From positions 186,001 through 250,000 of the forward strand of contig CDRNVI010000024.1 of the NCBI GenBank assembly GCA_977017575.1: a DNA stretch of 64,000 bases, written 5' to 3'. Position numbers and translations under genes: made by a program. The notes beneath the pieces were generated by a model that did no database searches, was not told the origin of the DNA, and saw nothing but the letters and a program-made list of their open reading frames with translations. The DNA comes from Paramoeba atlantica. Taxonomy: Eukaryota > Protista > Discosea. Below are positions 43,831 through 53,210 of the stretch, one piece after another. How positions within the stretch are numbered: position 1 is the first letter of the stretch; each line of letters opens with the position of its first letter.

Positions 43831-44604
43831 TAATCTAATGTGATTTGTAATTACTTTTCTAGACGTTTCGTTAAACGCGGTGGTTCTTCCCAACTTTCTC
43901 TTTTTTTCTTTTCTTGCAAATCCATTACTTCTTTTCTTATTAGCACATCTACACCTGTAGCCACATACTCAACTTTTTCGTCGTTTCCCCCGCACGATGT
44001 ACAGGAAAAGTTGAAGTTGGCTACGATGTTCCTCCGAGTAAATTGATTAAACAAACGACTCTCCAAGTTAACCAGTTCCACGGTGATAAGTGTATGCCGA
44101 TCGCCATGCGAGGTCTCCATCGATCTTAATATCCTCATTGAGACTCTGGTTCTCATCTCAAAGCACCGATCTGAATGTGGCCGATCTGAAAACGAACACC
44201 AACATGGCTGAGGGAGCATGGTACACTGCTCCGTCCGGACGGTTACATTAAACTTCATAATGGGGCAGAGTTCCTCGTCTAGCTTACAGTTCCATTGGGA
44301 AGAGAATGCGGAGAACGCTCATCGAAGAAAATCCGAGTACAACGTCTTTTTACATACACGGCGACAGGAAAACCCGGATACCTACATAACAGTCTTTGAA
44401 ATACGTGCCCCGGGATTTCCCAATGGGTCATGCAAGTACATCAACGACATCTTTAAAGGCGATCATATTTTGGCCACAAAGTGTCGTCAGGGGGAGTTAT
44501 ACAGTATACTCTGGACTCATCGAAATGAGAAGACATGGTCGGAAGAGGAAACGTATTGGCAAGGGGACAACCCCATTGAATGCGGGTCATACCTCCGATT
44601 TATT

Positions 44605-44935
44605 CTACTGAAAAGTATGAAAAAATATGAGGCTCTGGGTAGTCACCCCCATGGCCATCAAAAAGTGGGAGAGACATCCGTTCTCGTCGGACGCGCGGGT
44701 CCGGGCCACCTTGTTCAGGAAGTTCAAGGCCTCTGGGCCCGACACCCCATAAGTGGTGAAGGCCAGGGGGTAGAAGTCCATCCCTCTGACGGGCGCCATC
44801 TCTTCTTGAGAGCACCATTTATTGACCTCCACCACTCTTAGCGTGTGGGATGGCGCCGCTACCTCCTTGTTCACATAAGATGGGGCCATTGAAGGATATA
44901 ATTTCTTCGTCTAGAGCGCATTCTCCGTACCCACG
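44605..44935 (-). pseudogene. Relic of a restriction-like endonuclease (RLE) domain of a CRE/SLACS-type non-LTR retrotransposon
   Basis: GYGECALDEEIIS / frameshift / MAPSY..EVNK..FYPLAFTTYGVSGPEALNFLNKVA resembles A.DV.V.SP..PSY..E..K..F.P.A.ET.G..G..A..FL..L. Confidence 0.6.
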
Positions 44936-45244
44936 TTTGGAAAATAAAGATTTTTTTTGCGCTACGCGTAGCACTATCGCAGTCGTTTGGCGTCAGGTTG
45001 ATGATTTGCCGGCGCGTGATTGCCGGATTATCTGGGAATGACGTGGAGATCGTTACAAAAGAAGCGCTTATGCAGTTTACTATTAAACTGAAGTTGCGGT
45101 GGTTGTATAACCGCTCTACCCTCGATTATTGAAAAAAAGTGAACAAAAACAGTGAAAATATAAAGAGGAACACAGTAATATAATAGAAGAAAGAAATATA
45201 AAGGGGGCTCCCGTGGTCCAAAATTAAAAAAAATTAAAAAAAAT

Positions 45245-45286
45245 GGGGGGTCTAGGGGGGGGGTCTAGGGGGGGGGTCTAGGGGGG
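45245..45286 (+). repeat. G-quadruplex-type tandem G6-TCTA-G9-TCTA-G9-TCTA-G6
   Basis: Read directly. The unit is the reverse complement of the TAGACCCCC motif in the 8970 element. Confidence 0.85.
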
Positions 45287-45862
45287 CATACGTCGGGATT
45301 TTTTTTCTCGAATTTTTTGCTTTTCAAAATCGAGCGCAGGGAAGTGGTAGAGTAGGCCGCGGCGATAATTTTCCACCCCCCCTAGTACGCGCAGGAGGGG
45401 TCCGACAAGGTCAAAATTTCCGAAATTTTTGGGGTGACCAAAATTTTTTTTTGACCCAAAAAAAAGAAAAAATAATATTTTTCCAAAATCGACTCCTAAA
45501 ATGTATTTTAAGAGTTTGGGATCTTGGCTACCATTCTGCGACGTTTTTTTCGACAGATTCGCCTCTACTGGTAAGGCATCAAAAATGGACCAAATTCGGG
45601 TTGAAATTTCGAAATGTTCGCTTACAAATCGGGCTTTTCTACCTGAAAAAATAGGCTATTCGTGATCTTTTGGCAATTTTTCTTTCTTAGTCTCTTCGTT
45701 AAACGCGGTGGTATTTTTAAGCGCCGAGATACACGTGCGTAGAATATCTCCTTTTGTACTTACAAGAAGATTATATTTGCAATAAGATGCAATTGCACAA
45801 ATGTTTAATTGAAATTACTTTAATTCAACAACATTTGTACTCTGGTATTGAAAATGGTTGAG

Positions 45863-46468
45863 CTAAGCAGGAAGGTCCGCTTTGCGAAAGGCTCCCTCGA
45901 GTTCATCGTTGAAACTAAGGTCTAGCATGTTCAGGGTAAGTGGCAAATCTTCGAAATGGAGTGTCTCAGAAAATTCATTCTTGTCAAGCCAAAGCTCAGT
46001 CATACCTCTCGGAAGAAAAGCGAAATCTAAACACCCGGAAAGCAGATTAGAAGATACGCTGAAGGTCGTCAGAGTTTGGGGCGCACGTTCAAATTCAAGT
46101 TTACCACTAAAATGATTGTGATTCAAATATGCATCACACAACCCTGGGGGTAATTGTTGAAGCGGAACAGTTCCCGTTAGGAAGTTATCTTGAAGATAGA
46201 GATACTGCAGGGTGACTGGAAGATACGTCCATTGCAGTGTCCCATGAAGCGACTGTCGTCCCAATGCAATGGAATACACATCGTCATCCTTCGTACATCG
46301 GACGTACATCATATCACATAGGGGGTCAGTCACGGACCATTTGAATGTATTCGACGTAATGTTCTGAAGAAAGCGATCAAACAAAAGCTCTGGTGACATG
46401 GAGGCCATACTGATCCTGCCTCGTCGCGTCAAAGAATCTGCAGCCACGAAGGCTCGTGAAGGAATCAT
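45863..46468 (-). CDS. LRR protein (23-aa repeat family)
   Basis: AADS..RGR..PELLFDRF cap and about 5 LRRs. Confidence 0.88.
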   Translation of the reverse strand: MIPSRAFVAADSLTRRGRISMASMSPELLFDRFLQNITSNTFKWSVTDPLCDMMYVRCTKDDDVYSIALGRQSLHGTLQWTYLPVTLQYLYLQDNFLTGTVPLQQLPPGLCDAYLNHNHFSGKLEFERAPQTLTTFSVSSNLLSGCLDFAFLPRGMTELWLDKNEFSETLHFEDLPLTLNMLDLSFNDELEGAFRKADLPA

Positions 46469-46577
46469 TACAAAAAAGTGATTCGGTAGGTATTTACAAA
46501 TGAAGAAATTGGAGAGTATTAGAACAAGAATATTAAGAAAGTATTAAGACGATCTGAAGCAGGGTTAATACCATGTA

Positions 46578-47327
46578 CACTAGCAATCAGCTATAAGTCC
46601 CCCCCCCCTCGAATTTTGAAAAACTGATCTGTTTTTTATCATCTTTTTTTGGAACGTGTAGAGAATTTTACTTGGGTGCGTTTCCCGCCGTTTAAATATG
46701 TTTTTCGCGACTCATTAGGATCGAATTACTTTTTGAAAAAAATAGGCCGAACAAATAATTGTTTTATAAAACTGTTCCATTTTTTGATATATTTGCCGTG
46801 TAAAAACCCGTAAATACAATAACCGCAGGAAAATGAGATTACACGAAGACAAGCTTAATATCCAATATTCCACCCCCGCTCTCCAACACCTTGTTCATAC
46901 GTTTTAAGTACTCTGAACACATTTTTTTCTCATCATACATTTTACCCATTTTCGTACCATTTTTTTCATCAACTTATATTTTTTAGAGATGGAAGTGGTG
47001 GAAGCATCGCATTTTCGTTCAATAACAAACGAAATGCGCATTGCGAACGTCGTACGCTGCGAGTTGAGGTAACTCGGCCTGTGGTTCCTCACCATGGGTA
47101 TAAAACGGATAGTGTCAATCAGAAAAAGAGGGAGAATTTGACCGTACATTGGAAAATCTCATTTTTGACCAATATTTTGAGTGCTAAAAGCGTATATTAA
47201 GTTCTTACAAGAAACGAAGACCGGCAAAGATAGGCTAGGGATCAAGATCTCTCGTTGGCCGTTGGAATTAGGTCAAACGGACGAGCGACCCAAAAATAAG
47301 GGGGGGACTCATAGCTGAACGATAGTG
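46578..47327. mobile_element. CACTA-terminated, TA-flanked non-autonomous element, 750 bp
   Basis: Left CACTAGCAATCAGCTATAAGTCCCCCCC vs reverse complement of right end CACTATCGTTCAGCTATGAGTCCCCCCC (24/28); TA on both outer flanks. Confidence 0.65.
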
Positions 47328-47385
47328 TAGATATGCACTGCGAACATCAAAAAGTTATTTGTACCGGTTCACTTGGTTCTTTCGC

Positions 47386-48408
47386 TTAACAGCTAGGTTT
47401 TACCAGTGGAATCATCCGAATACATGTATGGAAATAGGGATGACTGTCACTGTCTTGCTCCACAGATTCATTCTTCTTGTCAGTCACTTGAGAAGTGGGT
47501 GACTTTTGGCTCGCCTGCACCTCCTTCCCTTTATGGTATTTTCGGGAGGATTGTTTCTCTTTGTCTTCTTGATCTGAGGCAAAAGTAACAGGAATTTGTG
47601 CAGGATGTTTTTCAAATATTTTCTCACATGTGCTCCATCGCACCCTCACATCATTTAGCGGAAATCCCACCAAGGGGTGCACGAGGCTCTTAAGAAATTT
47701 CTGTGTCACCGGATCCGCTGGGTAGCCACTTCCGACAGGGACACCATATTTTTGTTCCAGTTCCCCAATCTTACGATCGCGGGTAACTTTTGCCAGAATA
47801 CTCGCTGCACTCACTACGGCATATTTCGCATCCGCCTTGGAACACACAACCACGTGTGAGGCAGGAAAATGCCTTTTAATTTTATCTCGGTACTTCTCCG
47901 GAGGTCCCACAGTATCGACATAAATCGCAGACAATACCAGCCCTTTATCATGGAGACGTTGCAGAATGCCCAACGCGGAGTCATGGGAAACCGTGTTGAG
48001 TGAGTAGACTCCACCCCTGCTGGACATGGCCACCGAGATACGCTCCGGGGAGATCACATCGAGATCGGAAGCGAAATCCCTTGGGTTTGAACACTGCAGC
48101 GCAGTGAGTTGGTCAAAGAACAAATCCCGCTTCGCAGGGGAGAGTTGTTTACTATCTTGTACGCCTAGTTGCTGTACCTGGGAGGCGCGTTGCAGGGAGG
48201 CTGCAAAGCCACAGTAGACCATGGGCCCCAGTGCGGGGCCTCGGCCTGCCTCATCAATGCCCACTACATGCCCGGTGGGGTCCCATCGATGAAGGCTGAT
48301 AAGCGAATCCAAATCGTAGGACTCTATTGCTTCGGCCTCGGATCTGAGTTGGGGAGGAGGCAAGAGGCTTGATGTATTTGTCGAGTCTTTCGTCTGTGTA
48401 CGTTTCAT
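47386..48408 (-). CDS. RNASEH2A: Ribonuclease H2 subunit A
   Basis: GIDEAGRGP..GPMVY, QDSK.L, YVDTVGP, KADAKY.VVSAASILAKVTRD, GSGYPADP. Confidence 0.96.
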   Translation of the reverse strand: MKRTQTKDSTNTSSLLPPPQLRSEAEAIESYDLDSLISLHRWDPTGHVVGIDEAGRGPALGPMVYCGFAASLQRASQVQQLGVQDSKQLSPAKRDLFFDQLTALQCSNPRDFASDLDVISPERISVAMSSRGGVYSLNTVSHDSALGILQRLHDKGLVLSAIYVDTVGPPEKYRDKIKRHFPASHVVVCSKADAKYAVVSAASILAKVTRDRKIGELEQKYGVPVGSGYPADPVTQKFLKSLVHPLVGFPLNDVRVRWSTCEKIFEKHPAQIPVTFASDQEDKEKQSSRKYHKGKEVQASQKSPTSQVTDKKNESVEQDSDSHPYFHTCIRMIPLVKPSC

Positions 48409-48770
48409 TGCAATGAGAATAAGAAAAGATGAACAGTTAATAAACACTTTACTGGCAAACGATGTAGATCATACGACACGGTTTACTTAGTTGTACCTCT
48501 CCATTCAGATTGACCTCATTCTATTGAAGTCACATTGCTTTTTAGCATCATCTTTTTAGGAATCATTTTTCTAAAGCATTAAATCCCCCGTTTGGAATTC
48601 CCTCGATGGTGATGTGCCCTGTGTCACCGCACTTACCACACCTTTTCTTATTCCCTCATCGGTGGTGATAAACACACGCTGAAACAGTGCTGTGGGGAGT
48701 GTAGCCCCGGGTGCCATTGGAACAACAGCGCGTGAAGAGGAATTCTCTGATCCTTCTACAGACTCGCTGC

Positions 48771-49151
48771 TTAATGGAATAAACACTGGAGTCCCGATGC
48801 AGGGCTGTGTGGCGGAGTACTTCCCGGTGCCATGTTCCGCTGGTTGACCCGATCCTCCACCCAGCTACCCTCCATCCAGTGGTCACCTACTTTCATCAAG
48901 ATCGGGTTACACCGCATCGGGGGAGTAACGCAGGGAGACTCGCTCGCGGTGTTGTGGGACCCCGACAGTGGAATCTCGGATCCGTAGAGTCCGGGAAAGA
49001 CAATTTTCATGTTGCGTAGATCCACATGCTGCCCGCCGTCGGCGAGCCATTGTGGGAAATGAAACAACGCATCAATGTATTCAAAGGCCTCTTCTTCGTG
49101 TTGTTCCTCGTCTTCTACGCGTTCGGTAGACGGTTCATCAATATTTGCCAT
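48771..49151 (-). CDS. Small acidic protein, possibly TFIIIC subunit 6 (tau55)-like
   Basis: Acidic EEE then hydrophobic strand, GL, P.L..G...F/M.G.W pattern; weak match. Confidence 0.3.
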   Translation of the reverse strand: MANIDEPSTERVEDEEQHEEEAFEYIDALFHFPQWLADGGQHVDLRNMKIVFPGLYGSEIPLSGSHNTASESPCVTPPMRCNPILMKVGDHWMEGSWVEDRVNQRNMAPGSTPPHSPASGLQCLFH

Positions 49152-49243
49152 GGAAAGAGACAATTTACAAAGCGAAGAATAACTTTTTGGTAACTAAAAT
49201 TTTGGGGAAAATACTGTGACTCCCTTTAAACTTCGCCCAGTTT

Positions 49244-49535
49244 CAGTAAGAGAATGGATTTTGGATCGATATGGCCAAATCTCTCTTACTAGGGGGGGGG
49301 TATGCTTTTTTGGCCAGTTTCCTCTTTTCTCCCAACTTTTTTGACTATTTTTCTTCTGAAAACGTATTAAAACGCTTCTTTGGGTTACCCCCGAGGCCCC
49401 CAACACGCAGACACTCACCCCCTACCCCCTATATGCCTCCTATTGGGGTCGCAAGCCGAATCTCTCTTACTGGGGGTCAGCCCAAAAAGGGCCAAATCTC
49501 TCTTACTGGGGGGTACCTTACTGGGGGGTATACGG
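49244..49535. mobile_element. MITE-like end with subterminal TCTCTTACT(A)GGGGG repeats and terminus GGGGTATACGG|TA
   Basis: Motif at 49281, 49461, 49497 and partial 49517; inverted copy at 49244. The terminus is the reverse complement of 8968-8990. Confidence 0.55.
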
Positions 49536-50400
49536 TAGTGTCTGAAATACTCCCCTTTCGAAACAAAATGCGCCTCACGCGGAGGAATCTTTCGACCACC
49601 TGTTCTGTTGTCACTACACCAATGTACGTTCGAGTTGTGTTCTAGGGACGGACTATACCCCCCCTGCTTTTGAGTTCCCCGATTACCCTTTAAAATGATA
49701 CTACACCTTGCAGCCCCATGCGGCTTTTCCCGTTTTTATCCTGCGCCGCGGTTTTTGATAAAACGGCACTGTAAGCGCTTTGGGACTTCGACGAAAATAC
49801 GACAGTTGGTGGAAGAGGAACGACGTTTGTGTTTCGCACATCGAGAAGACCCGCTAAGAAAACTGTCAAAGTTTCCTTATCGTTAGTTTCAGCTACCTTT
49901 GGCCGGCTCCCTACAGGAGCCAGGGAATTTCCTTGGATTTCACCGTCCACCAGGACAGCGGCTTCGTCGCCGATTATTATTTATTGGTTGAGGAGAATCG
50001 GGCGTTTCTTTGGGGACAATCGGAGACGATGAATTGCGCAAGGACGAAGCAACCTCTCCAAGGCAAGGAACTGGCGCTAAGAATTTCACCCACTTAGTGA
50101 GCGATCCAGAACAGGCTGACATAGAGTAGATTAGAATTTTCTGAAAATTTGTTAAGTGCCAAAAAAATAACCGCTTCGCGAAAAGTGGGCACCCCACCAC
50201 TCACCTTAGAAATAGAACTCATAAGCGTACCAGAATTGGGGGAACTCATAAGCAGGGAGGGTATAGTATTTAAAAGCGGAGAGCATTGCAGCGTCTTGTG
50301 TGCGTGGAAAATCAACCGATCTGGAAAAGGGGGTCCGGGTCTGACACATGAAGTATAAAGGCGCAAAGTACCTTGAAATTGATTCTGTTCTTTCTTTATG

Positions 50401-51801
50401 CTATTCTTTGATATCCTCTGTCTGCACGCAAAAATCCAGAGATTGTTTTTGCTTTAGTAACGTTTGTGCGTTTCCGTTCCAGCGCATAAAGCGACCCTGC
50501 ACGGTTCTCGTATCTTGATTTTTCACATCGTTGCATATGCACAAAACGCATTGGGCGCAGAGAGCACTTTCGCAACTCCCGCATTCCATAAAGTCGCGAC
50601 GGGTGCCTATCTGGTACGAACACTCCGAACACTTCTTGATTGGGGTGGATAAGAGAGTTTTGTGACGGTACCTCTTCCTTGAATTGATCCTTTTTAAAAC
50701 TTTAACGTACTTTCTATTTTTAGAAAAAACGGACACCATGGGATATATGCAGCTCAGACAATACAGAGTGTGCAGTCGACTTATGTAACGAAAACCAGCG
50801 ATTGATTCACCGAAATTGGGTTCTGCATTTAATTCTGCATCGTCGAAATCCGTCGCAACGTTTTCATTACGAAGACCAGAAAATATCAATGCCCAACTGT
50901 TGCTCATAAGATCTTCAGTCGGTTCTTCTGACTTTGGTTCTAGTGGAAGCAGATGATATCTTTCTCGGAGAATTTGGTATGGTTGGGCAGCGTCATCACA
51001 TGACTTCTGCTTGGCTGTGCGCTGTGTTCTCCACCGAAGTTTCCAAGATGTCCAAAAATTACGAAATTCACCCCATTCTGAGTGGGAAGGAACATTTGCG
51101 CCTCCGTTATCAATAAGTCGATAGAGAAGAGCACAACAGAAATCTTCTGGACATGTGAGGTCGTTTGTATTAAATGATTTGTCACCTTTGGATCCTATTG
51201 TCAAGTCTTTACAATGTTCATGCAGACTCCTAAGATCTGTCATGCCCTTGAAATAATCAGACACATCAGGAAAAGGGAACCGTGAATGCCACATGTGATA
51301 CACAGATAAACCAAGTGCCCAGAAATCACGAATATATAAATGCTGAAGAGATTCCGTGCTGTCCGATTCATATTTGTTCTCTGAGTGCGAAAAAGCAGAT
51401 TTGGGCGCAATACAAGTACTGGGTACAAAGGCTAATGAAATCCGAAAAGGAGAACAGGAATGCGCGAATATCTCGTTGTCTTCAGGATACACCGCATGTG
51501 TATCGCGTACGCATGAATTCCCACTTTCCTTCTCAGTTTTGTGTGATAACGCAAGCTCGTGATGCAAAGAGTTATCCCCACCTTCTACAAGAGAGGTTAT
51601 ATTAGGTATTCTGTCCACTTGAGCATCCCTCCGAACAACGTCAACACTTTCAATCAAAATAGCATCTGGGGTGATCCGTCCGTGTGTTGCTCCAAGACCA
51701 TGTAAGGTCTGCAACTGCTTGGTGGCCTCAAAGAGAATTTCTATGGCTTCAACTGTACCGAGAACATTAATAGAAGGAACCGCATTACACTTTTCCTGCA
51801 T
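50401..51801 (-). CDS. Pseudokinase C-lobe-like protein with a C-terminal FYVE-like Cys cluster
   Basis: LHGLGATHGRITPDAIL (VIb, no catalytic Asp), DFWALG..M..FPF (IX), no N-lobe; CSEC-x12-CGSC-x3-CAQC. Confidence 0.55.
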   Translation of the reverse strand: MQEKCNAVPSINVLGTVEAIEILFEATKQLQTLHGLGATHGRITPDAILIESVDVVRRDAQVDRIPNITSLVEGGDNSLHHELALSHKTEKESGNSCVRDTHAVYPEDNEIFAHSCSPFRISLAFVPSTCIAPKSAFSHSENKYESDSTESLQHLYIRDFWALGLSVYHMWHSRFPFPDVSDYFKGMTDLRSLHEHCKDLTIGSKGDKSFNTNDLTCPEDFCCALLYRLIDNGGANVPSHSEWGEFRNFWTSWKLRWRTQRTAKQKSCDDAAQPYQILRERYHLLPLEPKSEEPTEDLMSNSWALIFSGLRNENVATDFDDAELNAEPNFGESIAGFRYISRLHTLYCLSCIYPMVSVFSKNRKYVKVLKRINSRKRYRHKTLLSTPIKKCSECSYQIGTRRDFMECGSCESALCAQCVLCICNDVKNQDTRTVQGRFMRWNGNAQTLLKQKQSLDFCVQTEDIKE

Positions 51802-52074
51802 TCTTGAACAGATAGACGTTATAAAAATTATTAGTTTATGATAAGGCTTTGTACGTTACCCACGCAAAGTAATTTGACGGAATTTGCTTACAAGAACGTA
51901 TCAAATCAAGAATTTGTTGTGCAAAGTCAAAACCACAACAAATCGCGCATTGCACTTTAATCAGATCCCTTCAAAATAATAATATACTACGGTCAGAAAA
52001 ATTTTTTGATTCGTATTGCATACACATTTGTAGGCTCTCCAATCACACCGGGTTAACATTTCGTCCAGATTTTA

Positions 52075-52960
52075 CATCTTCCCTTTATACGTCACACCCT
52101 TTCCCACACCTTCTTTTTCCCTCCCCTCTTCCCCCTCTTTTTCTTCCCCTCTTTCTTACCACCTCCCGGACTCCCGTTGTGACCGGTTCTCCACCCTCCC
52201 ACACAGGTGCTCCCGCCTGCACACGTACCCCTCCCCCTCCCCCTCCCCCCTGCGTTCCATCATGTCACGCGCCCGGAGCTTGTGGTGCACCGCGCACACC
52301 ACACGGTCCGTGACCCGACACGTGGAACCGGCGGTACACGTCCAGGACTGGGACGACCCGTCCTGGACCATGTACCGTGCATTGCGCCATATCCCGTGAA
52401 GGGAACATTTAACTTTAAGATTCACATATTGACTATTATTATTATTACTATTACTATTAATCGTTATATTCGTGTTGGCGACTCGCCTCCCTCGGTCCAT
52501 CGTTTTGGTATAGGAGGAGAGGGTGGTGCAGTCGTCGTAGGGGACGCAGACGAGTTCCTTTGTGGTGTCGTCCACACGGAGACAGGAGATGTAGCGACGA
52601 CGACCGTGTGTGGAACACACCGCGAATTGGGAGGAGCTGGTGGGAGGGGAAGATTGGGCTTCTGTTGTTGCTGTTGTTGTTGTTTTGGCTTCTAGGTTAG
52701 ATTCTTTGGTTATGGGGAGCTCATTCTTTTCTATTGAATTTTCATGATGCATTTTTGAACTTTCGTTTGCGTTGGACGTGTGACAGTAGCGAAAAGCGTG
52801 ATGGTGAAAAGGTGGGGGTAGAAACGAGAGGGGAATGGGGGAAAAACGTGAAAAAGGGGTTGAGGGTGAGCGAGAAAGCGTTGAATGGAAGGGGTTGGTA
52901 TTCTTATGGGGGAGGAAGGGGTTGGAAGGTGGAGTATGCGTGTTGCATGTTACCCTGAGG
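52075..52960. other. C-to-G skew-switch island with AT-rich centre (52400-52470)
   Basis: C/T-rich left arm includes non-coding DNA; G/A-rich right arm. Confidence 0.85.
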
Positions 52961-52992
52961 AGACGTGTGATGTTCTTGAACGGAGAAAACAT
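52156..52992 (-). CDS. Presequence-bearing protein with three C-x2-H-x3-R..C-x5-C modules
   Basis: CSTHGRRR..LVCVPYDDC; CSLHGIWR..WTCTAGSTC; CAVHHKLR..YVCRREHLC. Confidence 0.75.
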   Translation of the reverse strand: MFSPFKNITRLLRVTCNTHTPPSNPFLPHKNTNPFHSTLSRSPSTPFSRFSPIPLSFLPPPFHHHAFRYCHTSNANESSKMHHENSIEKNELPITKESNLEAKTTTTATTEAQSSPPTSSSQFAVCSTHGRRRYISCLRVDDTTKELVCVPYDDCTTLSSYTKTMDRGRRVANTNITINSNSNNNNSQYVNLKVKCSLHGIWRNARYMVQDGSSQSWTCTAGSTCRVTDRVVCAVHHKLRARDMMERRGEGEGEGYVCRREHLCGRVENRSQRESGRW

Positions 52993-53210
52993 TCGTCTTT
53001 GTCGGTGGAATTAAAAATAGGGCAATAGAAAACCGCGAAGTTGTAAAGAAATAGGCGTACAGGTAGTTTATCAAATGGATAAATAATCCAACAAATGTAA
53101 GAAAATTTGAGCTTCTATTGACATTATACTATAATGTCAAAAAGTGAGACTCCTATAATGATTATAGGAGTCAAGGAATGTTTAGAAAAAATATTTAAGA
53201 GAAGAAAATT

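Noticed and set aside
42815-43893. ORFs inside the 42.7-43.8 kb TIR element as a transposase
   Set aside because: Short, Ile/Lys/Phe-rich, no DDD/DDE or HTH pattern.
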